Assembly (NCBI GenBank): GCA_028817015.1
Contig: JAPPQJ010000028.1
Location: forward strand, 1-59,712
From: Gammaproteobacteria bacterium
GTDB lineage: Bacteria; Pseudomonadota; Gammaproteobacteria; Arenicellales; Poriferihabitantaceae
Length of the DNA: 59,712 nucleotides
Direction of reading: 5' to 3'
Every line of letters begins with the position of its first letter. The first letter of the stretch is position 1. Below the pieces are notes generated by a model. That model made no database searches. It was not told the DNA's origin and worked only from the letters and a program-made list of their open reading frames with translations. Both the position numbers and the translations under genes were made by a program. Positions 1 to 12,033 of the stretch are shown here, in pieces.

Positions 1-195
1 AACCGCGCGGCAGTGCGCGACATCGAAGCCGTCCCACCGCCCGGCCGCGTCCGGGGCGGCGAAGCCGATGAGGCCGGTGTTGATGATGCAGTTGAGTTCA
101 TCCCGTGCCTGGACATCCTCGAGCGTGTCCGCCCAAGCGGTGATTCCGGACAATGAGAGCGTGGCGGCGAGTGCCGCGGCTTTTGCAACTTTCAT
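1..195 (-). CDS. Amino-acid ABC transporter periplasmic substrate-binding protein (AapJ/BztA-like), N-terminal fragment cut by the window edge
   Basis: Not in the ORF track. Reverse-strand ATG at 195-193. Hand translation is MKVAKAAALAATLSLSGITAWADTLEDVQARDELNCIINTGLIGFAAPDAAGRWDGFDVAHCRAV. This gives a signal peptide followed by the conserved 'NTGLxGFxxPD...GFDVxxCRA' N-terminus I recall for general L-amino-acid binding proteins. The frame stays open to position 1. Confidence 0.6.
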   Translation of the reverse strand, partial: MKVAKAAALAATLSLSGITAWADTLEDVQARDELNCIINTGLIGFAAPDAAGRWDGFDVAHCRAV

Positions 196-282
196 GACAT
201 TCTCCCTGTGGGTTGAGATGTTAAGAGTGACCGGCAATATAGCATAAAACGGGCCTGAGACAAGCCCTTCAATACAGATAAG

Positions 283-340
283 GTGGAATCGAAAAAATCC
301 ATATAATTTATTGATATAAAAAAATTTCTATTTATGACAT
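283..340. promoter_or_regulatory. AT-rich block in the divergent intergenic region between the binding-protein gene and uvrB; contains a perfect TATAAT at 302-307 (+)
   Basis: The sequence 'ggaatcgaaaaaatccatataatttattgatataaaaaaatttctatttatgac' stands out against GC-rich flanks. I found no convincing -35 partner by eye, so promoter assignment and direction are uncertain. Confidence 0.3.
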
Positions 341-514
341 GCCCCAGGCCGCGGTGCAGTTCAGCCATTCCAGCCCCCGGATTTGCGGTTGTGCGCCGGC
401 CCCTGAACTTCCGCCAGGCCATCGCCAAACAAACGCCCCGGGAGCGCGGAATGGGAATGGGCAACTGCAAGCAACCGGGTGCGCATCCTGATGCAGTCGG
501 TTAAAATCGCCGTG

Positions 515-2556
<2,042 letters not shown>

Positions 2557-2560
<4 letters not shown>

Positions 2561-3360
2561 GCGCCGCCGAACTCTACACCCGCACCGCCGCCCACTACGA
2601 CCGCACCCGCGCTGCGGTCGGCGTGGAAATCATTCTCGGCTGCCTGGCCGCCGGCGGCGAACTTCACCGTCAAACCGTCGTCGACGCCGGTTGCGGCACC
2701 GGCAATTATGCGCGCGCGCTCAGCCCCCATGTCGGCGTGGTGCACGCGGTTGACCGCAGCGAAGCCATGCTGGTGCAGGCGCGGGCCAAAGCCGGCGGCG
2801 GCGTGGTGTTCCACCGCGCCGGGGTCGACTCGCTGCCTGTCGGTGACGGTGCCGCCGACGGCGTCACCATCAACCAGGTGCTGCACCACCTCGGCGGTGA
2901 AGATGCCATCGCCGCCGCTTTCGCCGAGTTCCGCCGGGTGCTCAGACCCGGCGGCGCGCTGGTGGTGAACACCTGCAGCCACCGCCAGTTGCGCCACGGC
3001 TTCTGGCCCTACCGGTTGCTGCCGGAAGCGGTGCTGGCGGCGATGGCGGCGCGCCATCCCGACCTGCCGCGGCTGCGCGAAATGTTGGCCGCCGCCGGTT
3101 TTGCGCATCGCGCGGCGGTGGTGCCGGCCGACGCCGTGCTGCAAGGCGCCGCGTATTTTAATGCGCGCGGGCCCGCCGATGCCGGGTGGCGCGGCGGCGA
3201 TTCCATCTGGAGCCTGCTGTCGGCGGAGCAAACCGCGGTGGTGGAAAAGCGCATCGCCGCCCTGGCGCGCCAGGATGCGCTGGAGCAATTCATGCGCGAC
3301 GCCGACGCCGGACGCGAAAATTGCGGGCAGATGACGTTTGTTTTCTCGGTCAAGGTCTGA
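2557..3360 (+). CDS. Class I SAM-dependent methyltransferase (Methyltransf_11/25-like), substrate unknown
   Basis: ORF track. Motif I is '[12 protein letters not shown]', followed by 'VDRSEAML' and 'LRPGGALVV'. ATG 2557 overlaps the uvrB TGA (ATGA), so the two genes are translationally coupled. Confidence 0.75.
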
Positions 3361-3397
3361 ACCTCGCCGCCGCGCGCCCGGCGACCGGCTGCTCGGC

Positions 3398-3427
3398 GCG
3401 CAACCCGCCGCCAGGCGGTTTTTGCGC
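3398..3427 (+). terminator. Rho-independent terminator-like hairpin after the methyltransferase gene
   Basis: Inner stem CCGCC(3405-3409)/GGCGG(3414-3418) with loop GCCA, followed by T5 (3419-3423). An outer GCGCAA/TTGCGC pairing is possible. The T-run follows the stem only on the + strand. It lies in the 75-nt convergent gap before yceF. Confidence 0.5.
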
Positions 3428-3435
3428 CGCCGCCG

Positions 3436-4023
3436 CTAAACCAATTCCACCCCGGCGTTGTTCAGCATATCCACCAGGCGAATCATCGGCAGGCCGATGA
3501 GCGCATTGGGGTCGTCTCCGTGCAGGCGTTTTAACAGCGCGATGCCGAGGCCCTCGGCTTTCAGGCTGCCGCAACACTGATAGGGCCGCTCGGCGCGCAG
3601 GTAGCGCTCGATGAGGGCGCGGGTCAGGGGGCGGAACTCCACCACGAACGGCTCCACCGCGGCCTGCACGGTGGCGGCGTCGGCGTCGTAAAGCGCCACC
3701 CCGGAATGCAGGGTCACCACCGAGCCGGACACCTGCTGCAGTTGCCGCACCGCGTGGTCGTGGTCGTCCGGCTTGCCGATGAGTTGGCCGCGGTGTTCGG
3801 CCACCTGGTCGCAGCCGATAATCAGTGCGCCGGCGCGCGCGGCCGCCTCGGCCACCGCTTTGGCCTTGGCCACGGACAGGCGCCTGGCCAATGCCGGCGC
3901 GGTCTCGCCGGGGCGCGGCGACTCGTCGATGCCGGGCGCATGCACGCTGAACGCCAGGCCGGTGCGCTCCAGAATTTCCCGGCGCCACGGCGACGAGGAG
4001 GCGAGCACGATGGGGCGGTTCAT
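3436..4023 (-). CDS. yceF: Maf-family nucleoside triphosphate pyrophosphatase, YceF subfamily
   Basis: ORF 3436..4056. 'IVLASSSPWRREILERTGL...IIGCDQV...GKP...RPYQCCGSLKAEGLGIALL..L.GDDPNALIGLP' is collinear with E. coli YceF. Start moved to ATG 4023 (MNRPIVLASSS). Confidence 0.85.
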   Translation of the reverse strand: MNRPIVLASSSPWRREILERTGLAFSVHAPGIDESPRPGETAPALARRLSVAKAKAVAEAAARAGALIIGCDQVAEHRGQLIGKPDDHDHAVRQLQQVSGSVVTLHSGVALYDADAATVQAAVEPFVVEFRPLTRALIERYLRAERPYQCCGSLKAEGLGIALLKRLHGDDPNALIGLPMIRLVDMLNNAGVELV

Positions 4024-4074
4024 GATGGCATGCGGATGCGGATGGACGGCCGGCAAACGCGCGGCTCGGCAAGA

Positions 4075-4151
4075 TGGCGGGCCTGGAGGGACTCGAACCC
4101 CCGACCACCTGGTTCGAAGCCAGGTACTCTATCCGGCTGAGCTACAGGCCC
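4075..4151 (-). tRNA. tRNA-Arg (anticodon UCG)
   Basis: Hand-folded cloverleaf on the reverse strand: GGGCCTG-TA-GCTC-AGCCGGATA-GAGT-A-CCTGG-CTTCGAA-CCAGG-TGGTC-GGGGG-TTCGAGT-CCCTC-CAGGCCC-G-CCA. Anticodon is TCG. The D-loop A20 and discriminator G fit Arg identity. Length 77 nt with encoded CCA. Confidence 0.85.
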
Positions 4152-4202
4152 GCGCCCGGCGCATTGTATCGCAAAACCGCGGTCAGCCGAACCTGCGCCG
4201 TG

Positions 4203-5657
4203 TCAGCCGGTTTCCCGGTTCAATATCTCGCGCAGGATTTCGTTGACCCGGGCCGGGTTGGCCTTGCCGCCGGTGGCCTTCATCACCTGGCCGACCAGGA
4301 AGCCGAACACCTTGTGGCGGCCCTGGCGGTATTGCTCCACCTGCTGCGGATGGTCGCCCGCCACGCGCTCGACCACAGCCTCGATTTCGGCGCGGTCGGT
4401 GACCTGTTTCAAGCCGCGGGCGGCGATGATGTCGTCGACGCCGCCTTCGCCGCGCCACGCGGCCGCGAACACCTCCTTGGCGATTTTGCCGGAAATGGTG
4501 CGGTCGGCGATGCGCTGCAGCAGTTGCGCCATGTGCGCGGGCGGCAGCGGCGACTGCTCGATGCGCATGCCGTGTTTGTTCAGCGCGGCGGTTAAATCGC
4601 CGAGAAGCCAGTTGGCGGCGGTTTTGGCGTCGACGCCGGGCGCGGCGGCGAGCGCCTCGAAATAGTCGGCGAACTCGCGCTCGGCGGTCAGTTGCGCGGT
4701 GTCTTCCGCCGACAGCGCAAACTGGGATTGAAACCTGCGCTTGCGGGCGTCGGGCAGTTCCGGCAATTCGGCGCGCACCGAGTCGATGAAGGCGTCGTCG
4801 AGGCGCATGGCCGGCAGGTCGGGGTCGGGGAAATAGCGGTAATCGTGCGCTTCTTCTTTGGAGCGCATGGGCCGCGTCTGGTCGCCCTCGGCGTCATACA
4901 GCCGTGTTTCCTGGACGATTGCGCCGCCGCCTTCGAGCACCTCGATGTGCCGTTGCACCTCAAAATCGATGGCCTTTTCCACAAAGCGGAAGGAGTTGAT
5001 GTTTTTCAGTTCGGTGCGGGTGCCGAAGGCTTTTTGCCCGGCGGGGCGCACCGACACATTGGCGTCGCAGCGCAGCGAGCCTTCCTGCATGTTGCCGTCG
5101 GAGATGTCGAGATACCTGACCAGCGCATGCACTTTGCGCAGGTAGGCGGCGGCCTCGGCGGCCGAGCGCAGATCCGCTTCCGAGACGATTTCAAGAAGCG
5201 GCGTGCCGGCGCGGTTCAGGTCGATGCCGGTCATGCCGTGCAAGTCCTCGTGCAGGGATTTGCCGGCGTCCTCCTCGAGGTGGGCGCGGGTGATGCGAAT
5301 CACCTTGGGGCCGGCGGCGGTGTCGATTTCCATCTCGCCGCTGCCGATGATCGGCTGCTCATACTGGCTGATTTGATAGCCTTTCGGCAGGTCGGGGTAG
5401 AAATAATGTTTGCGGGCGAACACCGAATGGCGGTTGATGCGCGCGCCCACGGCCAGGCCGAAGCGCACCGCCAGGCGCGCCGCCTCGACATTCATCACCG
5501 GCAACGTGCCGGGCAGGGCGATGCTGAAGGCGCATGCCCGGGTGTTCGGCTCGGCGCCGTAACCGGTGTCTGAGGCGGCGAAAATCTTGCTGCGCGTTTT
5601 CAACTGCACATGCACCTCGAGGCCGATGACCGCTTCCCATTCGGTGGCGGCCATCAC
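4203..5657 (-). CDS. gatB: Asp-tRNA(Asn)/Glu-tRNA(Gln) amidotransferase subunit B
   Basis: ORF track. '[13 protein letters not shown]', '[14 protein letters not shown]' and the C-terminal GatB/YqeY domain are present. The stop is followed by tRNA-Arg. The start overlaps the gatA stop (ATGA-type 4-nt overlap at 5654-5657). Confidence 0.95.
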   Translation of the reverse strand: MMAATEWEAVIGLEVHVQLKTRSKIFAASDTGYGAEPNTRACAFSIALPGTLPVMNVEAARLAVRFGLAVGARINRHSVFARKHYFYPDLPKGYQISQYEQPIIGSGEMEIDTAAGPKVIRITRAHLEEDAGKSLHEDLHGMTGIDLNRAGTPLLEIVSEADLRSAAEAAAYLRKVHALVRYLDISDGNMQEGSLRCDANVSVRPAGQKAFGTRTELKNINSFRFVEKAIDFEVQRHIEVLEGGGAIVQETRLYDAEGDQTRPMRSKEEAHDYRYFPDPDLPAMRLDDAFIDSVRAELPELPDARKRRFQSQFALSAEDTAQLTAEREFADYFEALAAAPGVDAKTAANWLLGDLTAALNKHGMRIEQSPLPPAHMAQLLQRIADRTISGKIAKEVFAAAWRGEGGVDDIIAARGLKQVTDRAEIEAVVERVAGDHPQQVEQYRQGRHKVFGFLVGQVMKATGGKANPARVNEILREILNRETG

Positions 5658-7123
5658 GCATACCCCGGCGGCGTTTGCCGGTGCCAGTCGGTTTCCATCT
5701 GGTAGCGGTGGGCGACGCTGAGCAGCGTGGCTTCGTCCAGATATCTGCCGATAAGGTGCAGTCCGACCGGCCGGCCATTGCGGTCGAAGCCGGCCGGAAT
5801 GGACAGGCCGGGCAGCCCGGCTAAATTGACCGCATTGGTGAAAATGTCGTTCAGATACATGGCCACCGGGTCACGGCTTTTTTCGCCTATGGCGAACGCG
5901 GTCGCCGGGGTGGTCGGGCCGGCGATTACATCGCAACGCTCAAAGGCGCGCTTGAAATCGTCGGCGATGAGGCGGCGCAATCGCTGCGCTTTCAGGTAGT
6001 AGGCGTCATAGTATCCTGACGACAGCACATAGGCGCCGATCATGATGCGGCGTTTAACCTCGGCGCCGAACCCTTCGCCGCGAGTCTTCGCATACAAATC
6101 GTCGAGGTCGGCGTATTCGGCGGCGCGGTGGCCGTAGCGCACCCCGTCGAAGCGCGCCAGGTTGGACGAGGCCTCGGCCGGGGCCAGAACATAGTAGCAG
6201 GGGATGCCGGCGGCGCTGTTGGGCAATTCCACCGGCACCGTTTTGGCTCCCATCCTGCCCAGTTGCGCGATGGCCTGGTCAACGCAGCGGGCCACCTCGT
6301 GGTCCACGCCGGGGCCGAAGAATTCCCCGGGCAGGCCGATGGTTTTGCCGGCAATCGGTTGGTCGAGCAGGGCGGGGTAGTCCGGCACCGGGTGGCGCAG
6401 CGAGGTGGAGTCATTGGCGTCGAAGCCGGACATCGCGTGCAGCACGATGGCGGCGTCCTCGGCGCACCGCGACAGCACGCCGCCCTGGTCGAGGCTGGAG
6501 GCGAAGGCGATCATGCCGTGGCGTGACACCCGGCCGTAACTGGGTTTGACGCCGGTCAGCCCGCACAACGCCGCCGGCTGGCGAATGGAGCCGCCGGTGT
6601 CGGTGCCGGTGGCCACGGGAGTCAGGCGCGCGGCCACCGCCGCCGCCGAGCCGCCGGAACTGCCGCCGGGCACGGCCGACTTGTCCCAGGGGTTGCGGGC
6701 CGGGCCGTAGTGGCTGGTTTCGTTGGATGAGCCCATCGCGAACTCGTCCATGTTGGTTTTGCCCAAGATCACCGCGCCGCGCCGGTTTAATTGATCGACC
6801 ACGGTGGCGTCATACGGAGAGATGAAATTGGCCAGGATCTTCGACCCGCAACTGGTCAGCACGCCGCGGGTGCAGAACAAATCTTTGTGCGCCAGCGGAA
6901 TGCCGGTCAGGGCGGTGGCCTGGCCGGCCGCGATGCGCCGGTCGGCGTCTTCGGCCTGCTTGAGCGCGTGCTCGGCGGTGACCGTGATGAAGGCGTTGAG
7001 ATCGGCCGCCGCCTCAATGCGGGCCAGGAAATGCCGGGTCAACTCGAGGCACGAATACTCCCGGTTGCGAAGCGACCTGGCGTGAGCGGTGATCGAGCGG
7101 TGGTGCAGCGGCGCGTCGGTCAT
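5654..7123 (-). CDS. gatA: Glu-tRNA(Gln) amidotransferase subunit A
   Basis: Amidase signature '[13 protein letters not shown]' and '[12 protein letters not shown]'. The ORF track runs to 7468, but the first 115 codons are a Pro/Arg/His-rich read-through across gatC. True start is ATG 7123 ([11 protein letters not shown]), which overlaps the gatC TGA. Confidence 0.93.
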   Translation of the reverse strand: MTDAPLHHRSITAHARSLRNREYSCLELTRHFLARIEAAADLNAFITVTAEHALKQAEDADRRIAAGQATALTGIPLAHKDLFCTRGVLTSCGSKILANFISPYDATVVDQLNRRGAVILGKTNMDEFAMGSSNETSHYGPARNPWDKSAVPGGSSGGSAAAVAARLTPVATGTDTGGSIRQPAALCGLTGVKPSYGRVSRHGMIAFASSLDQGGVLSRCAEDAAIVLHAMSGFDANDSTSLRHPVPDYPALLDQPIAGKTIGLPGEFFGPGVDHEVARCVDQAIAQLGRMGAKTVPVELPNSAAGIPCYYVLAPAEASSNLARFDGVRYGHRAAEYADLDDLYAKTRGEGFGAEVKRRIMIGAYVLSSGYYDAYYLKAQRLRRLIADDFKRAFERCDVIAGPTTPATAFAIGEKSRDPVAMYLNDIFTNAVNLAGLPGLSIPAGFDRNGRPVGLHLIGRYLDEATLLSVAHRYQMETDWHRQTPPGYA

Positions 7124-7407
7124 TCGATGACCCGGGGCACTAAATACAGCCCGTGTTCGGCGGCCGGGGCGATGCGCTGATACTGGTCGCGGCGGTTGTG
7201 CTCGGTGACCCGGTCGTCCCGCAACCGCAGGGCGGCGTCCTGGGGATGCGACATCGGGGCCACGCCGGTGGTGTCGATGCGGTTCATTTGCTCCACCAAT
7301 TCCAAAATGCGCGACAACTGCCCGGCGTGAAATTCGGCCTCCGCCGGGTCCATGGCCAGGCGGGCCAGGCGGGCGATGTGGGCGACTTGTTCGCGGGTGA
7401 TGGGCAT
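7120..7407 (-). CDS. gatC: Glu-tRNA(Gln) amidotransferase subunit C
   Basis: 95 aa: '[17 protein letters not shown]...EQMNRIDT'. First gene of gatCAB, divergent from mreB as in many gammaproteobacteria. Confidence 0.9.
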   Translation of the reverse strand: MPITREQVAHIARLARLAMDPAEAEFHAGQLSRILELVEQMNRIDTTGVAPMSHPQDAALRLRDDRVTEHNRRDQYQRIAPAAEHGLYLVPRVIE

Positions 7408-7537
7408 GCCGGAGGTGGCCTGGGTCTGTGTGTTGCCAATGGGCGGAATGGGCGGGGCGGTGCGTCAAGGTGAACGCTTATGGAACGCTCTGAACACTCA
7501 CGCCGCAACCAAGCGGCTCAATACCGCAATGCCGCGC

Positions 7538-7566
7538 TTGAATAGTGCGGTTGGCAAGGGTAAAAT
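7538..7566 (+). promoter_or_regulatory. Sigma70-type promoter candidate for mreB (TTGAAT-N17-TAAAAT)
   Basis: -35 TTGAAT at 7538-7543, 17-nt spacer, -10 TAAAAT at 7561-7566, about 60 nt upstream of the mreB ATG. Confidence 0.55.
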
Positions 7567-7628
7567 GCAAGCGTTTTATTTTCCGGCCGGCCCGGCCGCC
7601 CATCCACCGCCACACCTGAAAAATCACA

Positions 7629-8672
7629 ATGCTGCAGCGCTTCCTCGGCTTTTTCTCCAATGACCTCGCCATCGATCTTGGCACCGCCAACACGCTGATT
7701 TATGTCAAGAACAAAGGCATCATTCTGAATGAGCCCTCGGTGGTGGCGATTAAGAGCCCGTCGCACGGCGGCACCGGTAAAAGCGTGCTGGCTGTGGGGC
7801 AGGATGCCAAGCGCATGTTGGGGCGCACGCCGTCCTCCATCGAGGCCATCCGGCCGATGAAGGACGGTGTCATCGCCGACTTCAACGTCACCGAGGACAT
7901 GCTTAAGTATTTCATCCGCAAGGTGCAGGAAAACCGGATTTTCACCAGCCCGAGGATCATCATCTGCGTACCCTGCGGCTCCACGCAGGTGGAGCGCCGG
8001 GCCATCCGCGAGTCGGCCACCAGCGCCGGCGCGCGGGAAGTGTATCTCATCGAGGAGCCGATGGCGGTGGCCATTGGCGCCAATTTGCCGGTCGCCGAGC
8101 CCACCGCCTCCATGGTGGTGGATATCGGCGGCGGCACCACTGAGGTGGGCATTTTATCGCTCGGCGGCGTGGTGCATTCGCATTCCCTGCGCATCGCCGG
8201 GAACACTTTCGACGAAGCCATCATCAGCTATGTGCGGCAGCGCCACGGCGTGCTGATCGGCGAGGCCACCGCCGAGCGGGTCAAGCAGACCATCGCCACC
8301 GCCTGGTCGGAATCCGAGCACATGGAAACCGAGATCAAGGGCCGCGACATGTCCGAAGGGATGTCGCGCAGCCTGCTGATCACCAGCGAGGAAGTGCACG
8401 AGGCGATCGATGACGCCCTTCGCCAGATCGTCTCTGCCATTCGCCAGGCGCTGGAAAAGACCCCGCCCGAACTAAGCGCGGACATCGGTGAAAAGGGCAT
8501 GGTGATCGCCGGCGGCGGCGCGCTGCTGCGCGATATTGACCGCCGCCTGATGCAGGACACCGGTTTGCCGGTGGTGGTGACCGAGGAGCCGATGACCTGC
8601 GTGGCCAAGGGGTGTGGGCGGGCGCTTGAGGAGATGGACATGCTCGGCGATATTTTTGCCTATGACCATTAG
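7629..8672 (+). CDS. mreB: Rod shape-determining actin homologue MreB
   Basis: 347 aa. '[15 protein letters not shown]', '[11 protein letters not shown]' and 'GIVLTGGGALL'-type motifs are present. Followed by mreC and mreD. Confidence 0.97.
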   Translation: MLQRFLGFFSNDLAIDLGTANTLIYVKNKGIILNEPSVVAIKSPSHGGTGKSVLAVGQDAKRMLGRTPSSIEAIRPMKDGVIADFNVTEDMLKYFIRKVQENRIFTSPRIIICVPCGSTQVERRAIRESATSAGAREVYLIEEPMAVAIGANLPVAEPTASMVVDIGGGTTEVGILSLGGVVHSHSLRIAGNTFDEAIISYVRQRHGVLIGEATAERVKQTIATAWSESEHMETEIKGRDMSEGMSRSLLITSEEVHEAIDDALRQIVSAIRQALEKTPPELSADIGEKGMVIAGGGALLRDIDRRLMQDTGLPVVVTEEPMTCVAKGCGRALEEMDMLGDIFAYDH

Positions 8673-8819
8673 ATGCGCCCCGCCGCCTTTGTGAGGCTGA
8701 TTTCCCGGGCCCCGGTGGTTTTGATCTGACCCCGATGCCCGATGACTTCCGCGCTGCCGGCGCGCTCACCGAGCCTTTATAATTGCGTTTTCGCCCCGGT
8801 GAACAGACGCCGCCGTCGG

Positions 8820-9677
8820 ATGATCATGGTTTTCAACCAGATAACCCCGCTCCATCGGTTTTTTTTCCTGCTGGTCTTTTCGGTGGCCCTGATGATCGTC
8901 GACCACCGCAGCCCGCTGTTGGTTTCGGCGCGCGCCGCCGGCTCGGTGATCAACCGGCCTTTCCAATTCGTGATTAACCTGCCTGCGGCGACCCGGGAAT
9001 GGCTTGATGCCCACTACCGGGACGGCACCTTATACCGCAAATACAAAGCGCTGCAGGCCAAACAGGCGGTGCTGGAGGCGCATTTGCAGCGCTACGAGGC
9101 GCTGCAGGCGGAGAATCGGCGCCTGTCCAGGCTGTTGTCGGCGTCCCCCAGGCCCGGGGAGCGGGTGTTGCTGGCCGAGGTGGTGGAAATTGGCCTGGAG
9201 CCGTTCACCCACCGCATCGGGCTCAACCTCGGCGTGGAGTCCGGAGTCTATTCAGGGCAGGCGGTGATTCTTCCCGAGGGCGTGCTCGGCCAGGTTTCCG
9301 GGCTGGGTTTCAAGCACAGCGTGGTCACCTTGATCACCGACCCCAGTCACGCCATCCCGGTGCAGATTCAGCGCAACGGCCTGCGCACCATCGTGCAGGG
9401 CCTCGGCGTCTCCGGGCAGGTCTCGGTGCCGTTTCTGTCCGCGCAGGCCGACATTCGCAAGGGCGACCTGCTGGTCACTTCCGGGCTGGGCGGCGGTTTT
9501 CCGGCCGGTTACAAGGTGGCGCAGGTGCAGGAGATCGTGACCGACAGCACCGCGGAATTTCTGACCGTGCGCGCCAGCCCGCTGGCTGACATCAAGTTTG
9601 CGGGAGAAGTGCTGCTGCTGTCGAGCAATGCGCCGCCCTCGGTGCCGCCCGGCAGCGCCGGCAGGGGGGCGCGATGA
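8820..9677 (+). CDS. mreC: Rod shape-determining protein MreC
   Basis: ORF 8742..9677. The TM segment 'FFFLLVFSVALMIVD', a coiled-coil region and 'GDLLVTSGLGGGFPAGYKVA' match MreC. Start placed at ATG 8820 by length comparison with E. coli MreC. 8742 and 8826 are possible. Confidence 0.88.
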   Translation: MIMVFNQITPLHRFFFLLVFSVALMIVDHRSPLLVSARAAGSVINRPFQFVINLPAATREWLDAHYRDGTLYRKYKALQAKQAVLEAHLQRYEALQAENRRLSRLLSASPRPGERVLLAEVVEIGLEPFTHRIGLNLGVESGVYSGQAVILPEGVLGQVSGLGFKHSVVTLITDPSHAIPVQIQRNGLRTIVQGLGVSGQVSVPFLSAQADIRKGDLLVTSGLGGGFPAGYKVAQVQEIVTDSTAEFLTVRASPLADIKFAGEVLLLSSNAPPSVPPGSAGRGAR

Positions 9678-10156
9678 AAAAGCCCGGTAACCGCTGGTTG
9701 GTGATTCCGGCGACCCTGCTGTTGTCGCTGTTCCTGAATGTAGTCCCTTACCCCGGCTGGGTGGAATTTGCGCGCCCGGACTGGGTGACGCTGGTGCTGT
9801 TCTACTGGTGCCTGGCCACCCCGCAATGGATCGGCGTCGGCGGCGGCTGGCTGATGGGGCTGCTGCTTGATTTAATGCAATACACGCTGTTCGGCCAGCA
9901 CGCCCTGGGCAAAGCGCTGGTCGCCGCCAGCGCCCATCCGCGGCTGCGCCTGTGCCCGTTGTGGCAGCAATGCGCGGTGGTGCTGGTGATTTCCTCGCTC
10001 GACACCGCCATCGTGATGTGGGTATACCATCTCGCTCACGGGGTCGAGATTCGCCTGCAATACTGGCAGACTGCGGTGACCACCGCGCTATTGTGGCCGG
10101 TGGCGTATGTTTTGATGCGCAGGCTCCGCCAGCGAAGCGGGATCGTGCGGGGGTGA
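9674..10156 (+). CDS. mreD: Rod shape-determining protein MreD
   Basis: 160-aa polytopic membrane protein directly after mreC. The ATGA overlap at 9674-9677 couples the two. Confidence 0.85.
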   Translation: MKKPGNRWLVIPATLLLSLFLNVVPYPGWVEFARPDWVTLVLFYWCLATPQWIGVGGGWLMGLLLDLMQYTLFGQHALGKALVAASAHPRLRLCPLWQQCAVVLVISSLDTAIVMWVYHLAHGVEIRLQYWQTAVTTALLWPVAYVLMRRLRQRSGIVRG

Positions 10157-12033
10157 TTCCAAGCAGCGACTATCTGCGTGACCGCCAGATCGTGCGCGGT
10201 CGCATCGCCATCGCCGTCGGCGGGGTGTTGTTGCTGGTCGCCATCCTGATCGCCAGGCTGGCCTATCTGCAAATTTCCCAGCACCAGCGGTTTTCCACAC
10301 TGGCGCAGAACAACCGCATCGACTTCGTGTCGATGGCGCCGGTGCGGGGGCTGATCTACGACCGCAACGGCGAGATCCTGGCGGAAAACCGGCGCGTCTA
10401 TAATGTCGAAATCCTGCCCGACCGAGTCGATGATATGAACCAATTGCTGGGCGATCTCGGTCAATTGATTGAATTAAGCGAAGAAGATGTCACTCGATTT
10501 AAGCAACTGGTGCGGCGCCAGCCGTCGTTCGACCGGCAGACCCTGCGCACCAACCTGAACGAGCGGGAGGCGGCCCGCATCGCCTTGCACCAGCACCGCC
10601 ACCCCGGTGTTGAACTGCAGGCCCGGCTGCAGCGCCACTATCCCCACGGCGCGTTGACCGCGCACTTCCTCGGCTATGTGGGCCGCATTAACGCCGACGA
10701 CCTTAAGCAAATCGACCCGCGCGCTTACCGCGGCCTGGAGTATCTGGGGCGAACCGGCATTGAGGCGCAGTATGAAGAGACCCTGCGCGGCCGGCCCGGG
10801 TTCGAGCGTGTTGAAACCGATGCGCACGGCAAGGTGGTGCGCAGCCTCGGTAAAACTTTGCCGAGCACCGGGCTGACCGTGCACTTAAGTCTGGATATCG
10901 AAATGCAGCGCGCCGGCATGGAAGCGTTGCGGGGGCATCGGGGCGCAGTCGTGGCCATCGAGCCGAGCACCGGCGATGTGCTGGCCTTCGCCAGCGAGCC
11001 CGGATTTGACCCCAATCCGTTCGTCAACGGCATCAGCCGGGGAGGCTACGCGCATTTGCTCGGCTCGCAGGACCGGCCGTTGCTGAACCGCGCGTTATAC
11101 GGCCGCTACGCGCCCGGCTCAACCATCAAGGGCTTCATGCTGCTGACCGGCCTGCAACACGGGATCGACCCCGGCGAGCGCATTTTCTGCCCCGGCTGGT
11201 ATAGCCTGCCGAACCGCACCCACCGCTACCGCGACTGGAAGCGGGGCGGCCACGGCTGGGTGGATGCGCGCACCGGCATTGTGCAGTCGTGCGATGTCTA
11301 CTTCTACCGGCTGGCCAGGCGGTTGGGTATCGATCACATCCACCAGGGCATGTCGGATTTGGGCTTTGGCCGGCCAACCGGGGTGGATTTGCCGGGCGAG
11401 CCCAGCGGCCTGATGCCGTCGCCGCAATGGAAACACCAGGCGCGCGGGCAGGCGTGGTTTCCCGGTGAAACCGTGATCACGGGCATCGGTCAGGGCTATA
11501 TGCTGGTCACCCCGCTGCAACTGGCGGCGGTGACCGCCATGTTAGCCAACCGCGGCCGGCCGGTCACCCCGCGCTTCCTGGTCGCCACGGAAAACCCGCA
11601 GAACCGGGTGCGGCAAGCGGTTGCGCCGGCTAACGCCAAACGCGCGGCCATCGCCAACCGCGATTTCTACGCATATGTCATCGACGGCATGCGCGGCGTG
11701 GTGCATGATCGCAGGGGCACCGCGTCGCGGCTCCGTCAGGGGCTTCGCTATGAAATGGCGGGCAAGACCGGCACCGCCCAGGTCAAGAGCATTCCCCAGA
11801 ATGAGCGCTATGACGAGTCCAAACTGGAAAAGAAACACATCGATCATTCGCTGTTCATCGGCTTCGCGCCGCTCGACCAGCCGAAAATCGCCATCGCCGT
11901 GGTGGTCGAGAACGCCGGCGCCGGCAGCCGCACGGCGGCGCCTATCGCCCGCAAATTGATCGACCACTATCTGCTGAACCGGCTTGGCATGTTTCCCGGC
12001 GTGGACAACCTCGACACCACCGTCGGAAGATGA
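10153..12033 (+). CDS. mrdA: Penicillin-binding protein 2 (elongasome transpeptidase)
   Basis: Motifs SxxK 'GSTIKGF', 'SCDVYF' and 'KTGTAQ'. The ORF track begins at 9952 inside mreD. I place the start at GTG 10153, which overlaps the mreD TGA (GTGA) and gives about 626 aa, typical for PBP2. Confidence 0.9.
   Translation: MIPSSDYLRDRQIVRGRIAIAVGGVLLLVAILIARLAYLQISQHQRFSTLAQNNRIDFVSMAPVRGLIYDRNGEILAENRRVYNVEILPDRVDDMNQLLGDLGQLIELSEEDVTRFKQLVRRQPSFDRQTLRTNLNEREAARIALHQHRHPGVELQARLQRHYPHGALTAHFLGYVGRINADDLKQIDPRAYRGLEYLGRTGIEAQYEETLRGRPGFERVETDAHGKVVRSLGKTLPSTGLTVHLSLDIEMQRAGMEALRGHRGAVVAIEPSTGDVLAFASEPGFDPNPFVNGISRGGYAHLLGSQDRPLLNRALYGRYAPGSTIKGFMLLTGLQHGIDPGERIFCPGWYSLPNRTHRYRDWKRGGHGWVDARTGIVQSCDVYFYRLARRLGIDHIHQGMSDLGFGRPTGVDLPGEPSGLMPSPQWKHQARGQAWFPGETVITGIGQGYMLVTPLQLAAVTAMLANRGRPVTPRFLVATENPQNRVRQAVAPANAKRAAIANRDFYAYVIDGMRGVVHDRRGTASRLRQGLRYEMAGKTGTAQVKSIPQNERYDESKLEKKHIDHSLFIGFAPLDQPKIAIAVVVENAGAGSRTAAPIARKLIDHYLLNRLGMFPGVDNLDTTVGR

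Noticed and set aside
196-514. LexA (SOS) box upstream of uvrB
   Set aside because: I looked for CTGT-N8-ACAG-type dyads and found none. Only a CTGTGGGTTGAGATGT stretch lacking the ACAG half is present. I make no SOS-box claim.
4075-4151. tRNA-Arg as a possible genomic-island integration site
   Set aside because: It is flanked directly by yceF and gatB. There is no integrase, no partial tRNA duplication and no compositional shift nearby.
7124-7468. 115-codon N-terminal extension of gatA in the ORF track
   Set aside because: It overlaps gatC in another frame. It is Pro/Arg/His-rich, with no similarity to GatA N-termini. A canonical ATGA-coupled start at 7123 gives a normal-length GatA.
9952-10152. 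Upstream extension of the PBP2 ORF into mreD
   Set aside because: The extension lies wholly inside mreD in a different frame. GTG 10153 overlapping the mreD stop gives a PBP2 of normal length that begins just before its TM anchor.
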